This document shows positions 12,986-25,800 of a stretch of DNA of 64,000 nt, piece after piece. The stretch is from Macrostomum lignano (Eukaryota): the NCBI GenBank assembly GCA_002269645.1, contig NIVC01003929.1:1-64000 (forward strand). The letters run 5' to 3'. The notes below the pieces were generated by a model. The model was not told the origin of the DNA. It ran no database searches and saw nothing but the letters and a program-made list of their open reading frames with translations. The position numbers and the translations under genes are program-made. Each line of letters opens with the position of its first letter. Positions within the stretch are counted from its first letter, which is position 1.

Positions 12986-14659
12986 CGTAGCCCAGTGCAC
13001 AGAGCTGCAAAGAACAAACGCTTCTTGTCCGTCTGTTTCTTTCGCAACGAGTCTTCCCGGCCGTTCCATTCCCCTCTCTTCTTTGCCCTCCCGTGTCTCT
13101 GCCTGCTCTCTACCCAGTGGGCGTGGCAGCCTTGTGACACAAAGAAGAAACATGATGATGATAGTATTTGAAGCGGGCTGATCGAGGTTGAGCTGAGCAC
13201 AGCTGAGCAGAGGGGCAGAGTATACAGCTTTCCACTTTTGAGTCTTACCGCACTCTGGAAGCGCCTCTCGCGTTGGACTGTCGCCGACTGCCAGAGAGGA
13301 TGCAAACTTCTGATGCTGGTGCCGAGACGAGGCCTGCTCTGATTTGCTTTTGCTGGCCGGTCCCGCTTCTTTGTCCCGCAACACAGCCGGGGATTGGGAA
13401 ACCGGATGCCCGACTGTTCCCTTGCCGCCGCCTCACCCTCAGTCCTGGGATTACGGAGAGAGAAGGGAAAAGAGGTAAGGCTTGAAAGGGTAAAAGAGCT
13501 GAGAAGTAAAGTGAAGCCCTGTCTGGACTGATGGGGAGGCAAACGGAGCCTGGGCACGGGCTGGAAGGAAGTCCGATCCGTAGACTTTCTGAATACTGAT
13601 CCCTTCTCCAGGTCTCTTCGCCCGCTGCGAGCCTCGAGGAAGCTCCTTTTTCTCCTTTTCTGCTTTTCCTTCTTGCGGACGGAGCCTTCAGTGAAGCGGT
13701 AAGGCCGGACAGGCAGACAGACACACAGAGAGAGAGAGAAGAGTGGCGATAGAAAACAGCCGGATGGCCGCTGTTGAAGAAGTTGAAGTTGCTGCGTCGT
13801 CGGGCGGCTGCCTCGTTCTATTTCAAGCTTCTCAGCGGCTCCCTGCCTCTCTTTCTCTCCCTCCTTTTCTTTTTTCTCTCTCGACCTCCGTGAGCGACTT
13901 GGCTCGCCTAATACCCCCTTGACTGGCCCGTCAGCCCGGCCGGTGGATTTGGCGGGATCTGAGGGGGGGGGTAAAGAGGGCAGAGAAATTGCTCCATCCT
14001 CCAGTCTCCTTCCCTGCGTGCGGCGCTGCCGCTTACTCGCTTGCAAGCCGGCGCATGAAAGGTGCTTTCTTGTGTGGGGGGGGGGAACCTGCTCCCATCG
14101 GGCCAACCTTCAATCCATCCTCATCGCTCCCACCCAGCAACTATAACGGCCAATAGGAGTCCATTGGCTTCATCCTGCCCGGCTGAAATAAAGAGAAAAA
14201 ATGATCTGCCAGCAGCCAATACTTGTTTCAATTTCCTTTACCAGCCTCTCGATCCGTCTCTCCAGGCTTGTTAGGGGATTTCCTACAGTCAAGTCGCACA
14301 CGTATTTCCCTCGAATGGAGAAACTGACTGACAGAGGAGTGGGGGGTGGTGGGACAAAACAATAGATGCCAGTTTTCAATGGACTGGCTGCAACTGCGTC
14401 GGGAGCCAACGTACTTACTGCTGAAGGGGCCGTGATTAGGCCGCAAGGTTCCTATCGCAACCCCAAGGTAAAATATACCAAGGTTCAACCTAGCGGATGC
14501 GCCCAGCCGGCGCCAATAGTTTGCAGGTTCGCAGAGGAGGCATCGGCGACCCTCATCCGGCCATCCGATGCAATCTAGGACCGTAATATACTAAATTATT
14601 TTTATTTCGAAACCGGATTCTTAGAAAGACAACTTTTTCTATTCTCAGACGGAGACTTT

Positions 14660-15942
14660 CTCGATACCTAGAAAGACACATGATCGATTCCTAGAAAGAC
14701 ATTCTCGCTGAACAGAAAGACACATTCCTGATTCCTAGAAAGACATGACCGATTCCAAGAAAGACACATGATCGATTTCGAGAAAGACACATGATCGATT
14801 CCTAGAAAGACACACGATCGATTCCCAGAGACACATGATCGATTCCTAGAAAGACACATAATCGATTCCTAGAAAGACACATGGTCGATTCCTAGAAAGA
14901 CACATGATCGATTCCTAGAAAGACACATGATCGATTCCTAGAAAGACACATGATCGATTCCGAGAAAGACACATGATCGATTCCTAGAAAGACACACGAT
15001 CGATTCCCAGAGACACATGATCGATTCCCAGAGACACATGATCGATTCCTAGAAAGACACATGCTCGACTCCTAGAAAGACACATGATCGATTCCTAGAA
15101 AGACACATGATCGATTCCCAGAAAGACACATGATCGATTCCTAGAAAGACACACGATCGATTCCTAGAAAGACACACGATCGATTCCTAGAAAGACACAT
15201 GATCGATTCCTAGAAAGACACATGATCGATTCCTAGAAAGACACATGATCGATTCCGAGAAAGACACATGATCGATTCCTAGAAAGACACATGATCGATT
15301 CCGAGAAAGACACATGATCGACTCCTAGAAAGACACAAGATCGATTCCCAGAGACACATGATCGATTCCTAGAAAGACACACGATCGATTCCCAGAGACA
15401 CATGATCGATTCCTAGAAAGACACACGATCGATTCCCAGAGACACATGATCGATTCCTAGAAAGACACATGATCGATTCCTAGAAAGACACATGATCGAT
15501 TCCTAGAAAGACACATGATCGATTCCTAGAAAGACACATGATCGATTCCCAGAGACACATGATCGATTCCTAGAATGACACATGATCGATTCCGAGAAAG
15601 ACACATGATCGATTCCTAGAAAGACACACGATCGATTCCCAGAGACACATGATCGATTCCTAGAAAGACACATGATCGATTCCGAGAAAGACACATGATC
15701 GATTCCTAGAAAGACACATGATCGATTCCTAGAAAGACACATGATCGATTCCTAGAAAGACACATGATCGATTCCCAGAGACACATGATCGATTCCTAGA
15801 AAGACACATGATCGATTCCGAGAAAGACTCATGATTGACTCCTAGAAAGACACATGATCGATTCCCAGAGACACATGATCGACTCCTAGAAAGACACATG
15901 ATCGATTCCTAGAAAGACACATGATCGATTCCCAGAGACACA
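14660..15942. repeat. 21-23 bp minisatellite (gattcctagaaagacacatgatc)n
   Basis: About 55 tandem units with two length variants. Confidence 0.97.
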
Positions 15943-16669
15943 GGGATGTTGCGGAATTCTCGAGAGTACCCAGCAAGCGCTGAGCTCTTCGCGCTTACAT
16001 CTGCACTGCACAGATGTTCAAGTAGCAGCCGCGTGCCTGATTAGCCTTCTCAAGCTGTGGCCGAGGCTCGCGGCGAGTTACCATTGGACCCCCCCCCCTT
16101 GTGCGTGCGGTCTGCCGCTCCTTGTCTCCAGTTTCCTATCGGGCGCCTGCCCCCCTCTCTCTCTCATCCATCCTGCCTCCTCTTCTATTTCTCTTTCCCA
16201 CATTTCCTTTTATTTCTTTCGGCCAGTCCGGCCGCTGAAAATTAACTCGGGGCCGGACTCAAAATAAAACAGGGCAGCTCCGGCTCGCCTCAGTTTTGGC
16301 TCGCACTCTCCCGAAATCCCAGTGCAGCCGGCCCGGGGCATTGCTCAGCTATCAAATCCGGCAGTTACTGGGGCCGGCGAGGTGGGTCGGCGAGAAAAAT
16401 TGCTTTCTTTCAGCTCTCGCTAGAGTTTGAGTTCAAATCCGCTCCAGCTGGTATTGGGGGGGTTGGCGGCAAATAAAATACGAAAATATGAGATTTTGAG
16501 AGTGAGAGAAAGAGAAATAAGATTAGTGAGAGAATACTTGCTCAGCCATGCTCTGGGAGAAACGTTTTTACCAGAGGATTTTTTGCGAGTCACTGAGCTC
16601 ATGTCCGAAGCTACGGCTTGTAAATGTACTATAGATATTATTGTATAGTAGTTAGAGTGAATCTCACAG

Positions 16670-16955
16670 TCTCATCTCCGATCTCATCTCCGATCTCATC
16701 TCCGATCTCATTTCCGATCTCATCTCCGATCTCATCTCCGATCTCATCTCCGATCTCATCTCCGATCTCATCTCCGATCTCATTTCCGATCTCATTTCCG
16801 ATCTCATCTCCGATCTCATCTCCGATCTCATCTCCGATCTCATCTCCGATCTCATCTACGATCTCATCTCCGATCTCATCTCCGATCTCATCTCCGATCT
16901 CATCTCCGATCTCATCTCCGATCTCATCTCCGATCTCATCTCCGATCTCATCTCT
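16670..16955. repeat. 12-bp minisatellite (tctcatctccga)n
   Basis: Direct. Confidence 0.97.
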
Positions 16956-17564
16956 GTAAGTCTGAGCAGTATAGGAGTGAATCTCACAGTCTCTCTCGAT
17001 CTCTCTATGTAAAAACAATATAGTCTCCATCCTCAATGTCTCGCTGAGTGAATCTCAGTCTCGCGCTCAATCTCAATCAGCAGCAAGCACTTTGCAGGCT
17101 GTGAGTAAAGTCAACTACAATCTGGGGTGACTCGCTGATTTCACACTTCGCTGACTTTGCCGAAACCCGGAGAGCTGGCAGGCAGGTGAGGCCTTGGAGA
17201 GAAAATGAAGTACGCTCTGATAAGGGGTAATGGGGGCGGGTAGAACTGCATAAGTGAGTGAGTGAGTGACGGCGGGACTCTTGAGCAAGCGAGATGGAGA
17301 TGAGAGAGGCGGATGCAAGTCTGGTCTGCATGCAAGTTTGATAAGGCTCAGAGGCTGAGAAACGACATCAAGAGGTAGGCGAGCCTTGGATGCGGCTGAC
17401 GGAGACTGCGTAGGTGGGCGTGGGAACTCAGCTAAGCTTGCAGATACGGGGAGTTGGATGGAGAGGGATGCCGCCTGTAATCTGCATTATTTCTAGTTTC
17501 TGTTCACCTGATCAGCCCACTGCGATTTTAAGTCAGGTTGGTCTCATGTTGGTTTTGGGTGAGG

Positions 17565-18412
17565 TTGGTTAGATTAGTGTTAGATTGGTGTTCGATTGGT
17601 GTTAGCTTGGTGTTAGATTGGTGTTAGATTGGTATTAGATTGGTGTTAGATCAATGTTAGATTGGTGTTAGATTGGTGTTAGATTGGTGTTAGATTAGTG
17701 TTAGATTGGTGTTAGATTTGTGTTAGATTGGTGTTAGATTGGTGTTAGATTGGTGTTAGATTTGTGTTAGATTAGTGTTAGATTGTTGTTAGATTGGTGT
17801 TAGATTGGTGTTAGATTGGTGTTAGATTGGTGTTAGATTGGTGTTAGATTGGTATTAGATTGGTGTTAGATTGGTGTTAGATTGGTGTTAGATTGGTGTT
17901 AGATTGGTGTTAGATTTGTGTTAGATTTGTGTTAGATTGGTGTTAGATTTGTGTTAGATTTGTGTTAGATTGGTGTTAGATTAGTGTTAGATTAGTGTTA
18001 GATTGGTGTTAGATAAATGTTAGATTGCTGTTAGATTGGTGTTAGATTGGTATTAGATTGGTGTTAGATAAATGTTAGATTGGTGTTAGATTGGTGTTAG
18101 ATTGGTGTTAGATTGGTGTTAGATTGGTGTTAGATTGGTGTTAGATTGGTGTTAGATTGGTATTAGATTGGTGTTAGATTGGTGTTAGATTGGTGTTAGA
18201 TTGGTGTTAGATTGGTGTTAGATTTGTGTTAGATTTGTGTTAGATTGGTGTTAGATTTGTGTTAGATTTGTGTTAGATTGGTGTTAGATTAGTGTTAGAT
18301 TAGTGTTAGATTGGTGTTAGATAAATGTTAGATTGCTGTTAGATTGGTGTTAGATTGGTGTTAGATTGGTGTTAGATGGGTGTTAGATTAATGTTAGATT
18401 AATTTTAGATTG
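17565..18412. repeat. 11-bp minisatellite (tagattggtgt)n
   Basis: Direct. Confidence 0.97.
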
Positions 18413-18892
18413 GTGAAATTTGATAAGAAAAGCACAAAAATTCAATTGAAAAATTGAATTGGCTGGGATAAGCTACGGGTTGGGATTCTATAAATCACTA
18501 TTGGGATAAATTTCCCACAGACAGCCATTGGCACAAGGATTGGGGAACCTTGGGAACTTTAGGAAGACTGGCAGAAGCCGAGTTGTTCCCAATGCCCCTT
18601 ACACGTATACGCGAACGGGGAGGTTCAGGCCTTGGGGGTGGAGATCCGCCCACACGCGGCTCGAAGATGGAAGGGGGGAGGCGGTGGCCGACCCGATCCA
18701 GTGCGAGTGCATGCCAAGCAAATCGGTATCGGAATAAACAGCCCCACAGCTAATCCTCATTCCTAAGCCCGACTGACCAACTGACTGACAGGCGAACCGG
18801 TCTGGCAATCATTCCATGGACCCCTCTGCTGCCATCTGGACTGGAACCATGGCTGCGGCAGGATCAGTTTATGGACCCTTGTCGAACAAACT

Positions 18893-19129
18893 GAACTGGA
18901 ACCATCTGGACTGGAACCATCTGGACTGGAACCATCTGGACTGGAACCATCTGGACTGGAACCATCTGGACTGGAACCATCTGGACTGGAACCATCTGGA
19001 CTGGAACCATCTGGACTGGAACCATCTGGACTGGAACCATCTGGACTGGAACCATCTGGACTGGAACCATCTGGACTGGAACCATCTGGACTGGAACCAT
19101 CTGGACTGGAACCATCTGGACTGGAACCA
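18893..19129. repeat. 15-bp perfect minisatellite (ctggaaccatctgga)n
   Basis: Direct. Confidence 0.97.
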
Positions 19130-19769
19130 AATTCACTAGCAAAATGTCACAGCAAAGTGTTTCTGCTTTCACACCAAAGAGACGGGGCAGAAACAAACAC
19201 AGCAAGGGTTTAATCTGGTTAAAACTGCAACCTGTGAAAAGGTCACTTCAGGAAACAACAATTTTGACGGTTTGTCAGAGGCTTCAGTGTTATGGAGCAG
19301 TCATCCAGATCTAGAATGCCCCTCGCTATAAACTTGTCTACCGATACGAGACCAGACAGGCCTTCAGGATTGGAAAAAAAGTTGCAATATTTTTTTAGAT
19401 CTAGAAAAAACAAGGTCCCCAAATCAGAGCCGAGTCGTGCTCAAGCAGGGGTTTCATGGAAAAGCAGGTTGTCTATCGAGAGGCATCGTGACGAACTGGC
19501 TTATCCTGACTACGTTTCTGTCGGGATTTTTTCACCTGCCGCGGCAGAAGTTGCTCTGCTTCCGAGCAAAAAATTTCCATGATTTTTGCTATCATTCTGG
19601 CAGGCTATTTGCCCCCCCCTCTTAGTTTTTGTGGCAGCCGGATTCTGCTCAGACTGAAACTCGAGAACTTCGACTCGAACGTAAAGTTTTGCAAATATTC
19701 ATTTTTTAAAACAGCTGTGGGATGAGTCCGGTAAGGATCATCCTTACTCATAGCTGACCTGGCCGAAAT

Positions 19770-20535
19770 GCACAGCTGACCCATCAAGATGCACAGCTGA
19801 CCCATCTAGATGCACAGCTGACCCATCAAGATGCACAGCTGACCCACCTAGATACAAACCTGACCCATCTAGATACAAACCTGACCCATCTAGACACAAA
19901 CCTAACCCATCTAGATACAAACCTGACCCATCTAGACACAAACCTGACCCATCTAGACACAAACCTGACCTATCTAGATACAAACCTGACCTATCTAGAC
20001 ACAAACCTGACCCATCTAGACACAAACCTGACCCATCTAGATACAAACCTGATCTATCTAGACACAAACCTGACCCATCTAGACACAAACCTAACCCATC
20101 TAGATACAAACCTGACCCATCTAGACACAAACCTAACCCATCTAGACACAAACCTGACCCATCTAGACACAAACCTGGAACCATCTGGAACCATCTGGAA
20201 CCACCTAGATACAAACCTGACCCATCTAGATGCAAACCTGACCAATCTAGATGCAAACCTGACCCATATAGACACAAACCTAACCCATATTAGATACAAA
20301 CCTGACCCATCTAGACACAAACCTTACCCATCTAGACACAAACCTGACCCATCTAGACACAAACCTTACCCATCTAGACACAAACCTGACCCATCTAGAC
20401 ACAAACCTGGAACCATCTGGAACCACCTAGATACAAACCTGACCCATCTAGGATACAAACCTGACCCATCTAGACACAAACCTGACCCATCTAGACACAA
20501 ACCTGACCCATCTAGATTCACAGCTGACCCATCGC
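19770..20535. repeat. 21-bp minisatellite (cacaaacctgacccatctaga)n
   Basis: Direct; contains embedded ggaaccatct units. Confidence 0.95.
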
Positions 20536-20799
20536 TAAGTCACAGGGCACTGGAAGCTGTTGTCACAGTTCGGCTTCAGAAACAGATGCGGAGGCAACTG
20601 GCATGCATAATTCATGGCGGCAAAGCAAGCAATTTAGGGCTTAATTTAAGACCGGTTCGCGCTCTGAAAATGGGATAAAATAGCGGGGGAAGTGGCTTCC
20701 ACACAAATCCCAGAAGTGAGACTCTCCGGCCGTGCGGCCAGGGCACAGCCGGAGAGTCTCAGATTGGTAATGAAAACTTTACTAAATGAGATTAGGAGT

Positions 20800-21310
20800 G
20801 ACACCGAGAGAGTCACAGAGTGAGATTAAGGGTGAGACTGAGAGAGACACAGAGTGAGATTAAGTGTGAGATTGAGAGAGACACAGTGAGATTAAGTATG
20901 AGACTGGGAGAGACGCAGAGTGAGATTAAGTGCGAGACTGGGAGAGACGCAGAGTGAGATTTAGGGTGAGACGGAGAGAGTCACAGAGTGAGATTAAGGG
21001 TGAGACGGAGAGAATCAAAGAGTGAGCTTAAGGGTGAGACGGAGAGAGACACAGAGTGAGATTCAGAGTGAGATTGAGAAAATCATAGAGTGAGATTAAG
21101 GGTTGAGATTACGAGAGTCAGAGTGAGATTAAGTGTAAGACGGAGAGAGTCACAGAGTGAGATTAAGGGTGAGACGGAGAGAGTCACAGAGTGAGATTTA
21201 GGGTGAGACGGAGAGAGTCACAGAGTGAGATTAAGCGTGAGACGGAGAGAGTCACAGAGTGAGATTTAGGGTGAGACGGAGAGAGTCACAGAGTGAGATT
21301 AAGCGTGAGA
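20800..21310. repeat. About 34-bp degenerate minisatellite (gagacggagagagtcacagagtgagattaagggt)n
   Basis: Direct. Confidence 0.92.
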
Positions 21311-22345
21311 CAGATACAATCAGAGTGCCAGACTGAGAATCATGCGGACAGAATAGCAGCTGAGGTGAAAGTGTGAGCACAAGTTAGATCGCAGAGCCCA
21401 GCTCAAGATGAGATTCTGTCCGGCTGAATCGGTTTGCGTGACATCCCCAGAGTTTCCGTCTCCCCTCCCCACCTCCCAGCTTGATGAGGCAAATTTCGCG
21501 CTCTACTAATTGGAGGCTGGAATTCGCGTGAAGCGGCGAGATGTCGGTGAAGTCGATCGGAAATGTGAAATTGAAAACTGCGCCCAGAGCCGCCAGGCGC
21601 CAACGGGTGCTAATGACTTTTCCACAATGCCAGCCCGCCAGCCTACCTGCACGCCCGTCTCTTCCGCCGCCCCGATTTTTCAACGATTTTCTTCTTTCAG
21701 CTGGACAATTTCTTTATCGGCTTTGAACAGCCGGCATCTGCTTCTGCCTGCTTCACACTCGCCGCTCTCTTTTAGGAGAGATGGAGAGAGAAAGAGAAAC
21801 AACGCTTCTTCTTTTTCTTCTTGAACGTCCGGCCTGAATAGTCAGTGCAACCAATTTAACCCTGTGTCTCCCAATGCCACCAGACTTCTACTGGCAGCCA
21901 CTTTCTCCCATTATCACCCACTCTGTCTCTCTCTCTCACTATAAGTTGTTATACACCTCCACCACCCAGTCTCTCCCATTATCACCCACAAATCACCTCT
22001 CCCCCTGTCTCTCCTCCGCCCCTTCACAAACAACAAACTGTCATGAGCAAGAATCTATAACACAACGGCGAATTTTTTTAAACAGACATTCGTCTTCCAT
22101 TTGCAGTAAGACCATTGTGACTCTCTCAGCTAGCTGTCCACACAAATAACTAACAAATTACTATTGGCCCCAAGTTGCGCATTGTTAGTTGGTTTGCCTT
22201 CGTCACAAACCAACGAGTCAGTAAGGCTGACTCTCGCAACCATTTCTGATTATTTGTACAGGAAAGCAGCCGGCAACCAAATGATAGCCCTTGTGACAGC
22301 TGCTTCAAGGGTGCTCGCAGTGTTTCTTGGAATCCGTATCCCAGG

Positions 22346-22690
22346 TACACTCAGCAACAGTCAAAACCACCACCCTACCGAGAGAGGCGACTTCTCTCTC
22401 ACCTCAACTGCAAGTGACGTAACTTGCGCCACGGCGTGGCTAAAGCTGGGTGAGAGTGAATTCCAGGGTGAGAGTACAAAAGGGTTGGGGTTGGGGGTGC
22501 AACAGTACACGTGACAATGGTCAGGCATATGACAGACGCTGAACGATGGCGCGCTGTTGGCATGCTAGAAGCTGGTGCATCCATCAGCGCAGTTGCTCGC
22601 CAATTTGGCCGATCAGGTTCAACAATTCGAGCGCTGTTAACGAAGTCCCAAGAGACTGGTAGTGTTCAGCACGCAGCCATAGACAGCCAG
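22346..22690 (+). mobile_element. 5' remnant of a Tc1/mariner-type DNA transposon (transposase HTH only)
   Basis: A TA|CACTC… end at 22346. ATG at 22517 gives MVRHMTDAERWRAVGMLEAGASISAVARQFGRSGSTIRALLTKSQETGSV, a typical Tc1 paired-like HTH. Similarity stops before the RSGRP linker and the DDE domain. Confidence 0.8.
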
Positions 22691-22811
22691 CGCCATGATC
22701 TCCGCGGCTCAACAGCCAGGGCAAATCGACGTCTGCTTTGAATTTTCAAATTGCCTGATTTATGCAAAGTATAGTTTTAAAAACATTTTATTAAAGTCTA
22801 ATTAGGGATGC

Positions 22812-25800
22812 CAGAGAGAGATCAGTGAGAGAGAGAGATCAGAGAGATCAGAGAGAGATCAGAGAGGTCAGGGAGAGATCAGAGAGAGATCAGAGAGATC
22901 AGAGAGAGATCAGAGAGAGATCAGAGAGATCAGAGAGATCAGAGAGATCAGAGAGATCAGAGAGATCAGAGAGATCAGAGAGATCAGAGAGATCAGAGAG
23001 AGATCAGAGAGAGATCAGAGAGAGAGATCAGAGAGATCAGAGAGAGAGATCAGAGAGAGAGATCAGAGAGAGAGATCAGAGAGAGAGATCAGAGAGAGAG
23101 ATCAGAGAGAGAGATCAGAGAGAGAGATCAGAGAGAGAGATCAGAGAGATCAGAGAGATCAGAGAGATCAGAGAGATCAGAGAGAGATCAGAGAGGTCAG
23201 GGAGAGATCAGAGAGAGATCAGAGAGATCAGAGAGAGATCAGAGAGAGATCAGAGAGATCAGAGAGATCAGAGAGATCAGAGAGATCAGAGAGATCAGAG
23301 AGATCAGAGAGAGATCAGAGAGAGATCAGAGAGAGAGATCAGAGAGATCAGAGAGATCAGAGAGAGAGATCAGAGAGAGATCAGAGAGGTCAGGGAGAGA
23401 TCAGAGAGAGATCAGAGAGATCAGAGAGAGATCAGAGAGAGATCAGAGAGATCAGAGAGATCAGAGAGATCAGAGAGATCAGAGAGATCAGAGAGATCAG
23501 AGAGAGATCAGAGAGAGATCAGAGAGATCAGAGAGAGATCAGAGAGAGATCAGAGAGAGAGATCAGAGAGATCAGAGAGAGAGATCAGAGAGAGAGATCA
23601 GAGAGAGAGATCAGAGAGAGAGATCAGAGAGAGAGATCAGAGAGAGAGATCAGAGAGAGAGATCAGAGAGATCAGAGAGATCAGAGAGATCAGAGAGATC
23701 AGAGAGAGATCAGAGAGGTCAGGGAGAGATCAGAGAGAGATCAGAGAGATCAGAGAGATCAGAGAGATCAGAGAGATCAGAGAGATCAGAGAGATCAGAG
23801 AGATCAGAGAGAGAGATCAGAGAGATCAGAGAGATCAGAGAGATCAGAGAGATCAGAGAGATCAGAGAGAGAGATCAGAGAGATCAGAGAGATCAGAGAG
23901 AGAGATCAGAGAGATCAGAGAGATCAGAGAGATCAGAGAGAGAGATCAGAGAGATCAGAGAGATCAGAGAGAGAGATCAGAGAGAGAGATCAGAGAAAGA
24001 GATCAGAGAGATCAGAGAGAGAGATCAGAGAGAGAGATCAGAGAGAGAGATCAGAGAGAGAGATCAGAGAGAGAGATCAGAGAGATCAGAGAGATCAGAG
24101 AGATCAGAGAGATCAGAGAGAGATCAGAGAGGTCAGGGAGAGATCAGAGAGAGATCAGAGAGATCAGAGAGAGATCAGAGAGAGATCAGAGAGATCAGAG
24201 AGATCAGAGAGATCAGAGAGATCAGAGAGATCAGAGAGATCAGAGAGATCAGAGAGAGATCAGAGAGAGATCAGAGAGATCAGAGAGATCAGAGAGAGAT
24301 CAGAGAGAGATCAGAGAGAGAGATCAGAGAGATCAGAGAGATCAGAGAGAGAGATCAGAGAGATCAGAGAGATCAGAGAGAGATCAGAGAGATCAGAGAG
24401 ATTAGAGAGAGAGATCAGAGAGATTAGAGAGAGAGATCAGAGGGAGATCAGAGAGATCAGGGAGATCAGAGAGAGAGATCAGAGAGATCAGAGAGATCAG
24501 AGAGAGATCAGAGAGATCAGAGAGAGAGATCAGAGAGAGAGATCAGAGAGAGATCAGAGAGATCAGGGAGATCAGAGAGAGAGATCAGAGAGATTAGAGA
24601 GAGAGATCAGAGAGATTAGAGAGAGAGATCAGAGAGAGAGATCAGAGAGAGAGATCAGAGATAGAGATCAGAGAGAGAGATCAGAGAGAGAGATCAGAGA
24701 GAGAGATCAGAGAGATCAGAGAGAGAGATCAGAGAGAGAGATCAGAGAGAGAGATCAGAGAGAGAGATCAGAGAGAGAGATCAGAGAGAGAGATCAGAGA
24801 GAGAGATCAGAGAGAGAGATCAGAGAGATCAGAGAGATCAGAGAGATCAGAGAGATCAGAGAGAGATCAGAGAGGTCAGGGAGAGATCAGAGAGAGATCA
24901 GAGAGATCAGAGAGAGATCAGAGAGAGATCAGAGAGATCAGAGAGATCAGAGAGAGAGAGATCAGAGAGAGAGATCAGAGAGAGAGATCAGAGAGAGAGA
25001 TCAGAGAGAGAGATCAGAGAGATCAGAGAGATCAGAGAAATCAGAGAGATCAGAGAGAGATCAGAGAGGTCAGGGAGATATCAGAGAGAGATCAGAGAGA
25101 TCAGAGAGAGATCAGAGAGAGATCAGAGAGATCAGAGAGATCAGAGAGATCAGAGAGATCAGAGAGATCAGAGAGATCAGAGAGATCAGAGAGAGATCAG
25201 AGAGAGATCAGAGAGATCAGAGAGATCAGAGAGAGATCAGAGAGAGATCAGACAGAGAGATCAGAGAGATCAGAGAGATCAGAGAGATCAGAGAGAGAGA
25301 TCAGAGAGATCAGAGAGATCAGAGAGAGATCAGAGAGATCAGAGAGATTGGAGAGAGAGATCAGAGAGATTAGAGAGAGAGATCAGAGTGAGATCAGAGA
25401 GATCAGGGAGATCAGAGAGAGAGATCAGAGAGATCAGAGAGATCAGAGAGAGATCAGAGAGATCAGAGAGAGAGATCAGAGAGAGAGATCAGAGAGATCA
25501 GAGAGATCAGGGAGATCAGAGAGAGAGATCAGAGAGATTAGAGAGAGAGATCAGAGAGATTAGAGAGAGAGAGATCAGAGGGAGATCAGAGAGATCAGGG
25601 AGATCAGAGAGAGAGATCAGAGAGATCAGAGAGATCAGAGAGAGATCAGAGAGATCAGAGAGAGAGATCAGAGAGAGATCAGAGAGATCAGGGAGATCAG
25701 AGAGAGAGATCAGAGAGATATCAGAGAGATCAGAGAGATCAGAGAGAGAGATCAGAGAGATCAGAGAGATCAGAGAGATCAGAGAGATCAGAGAGATCAG

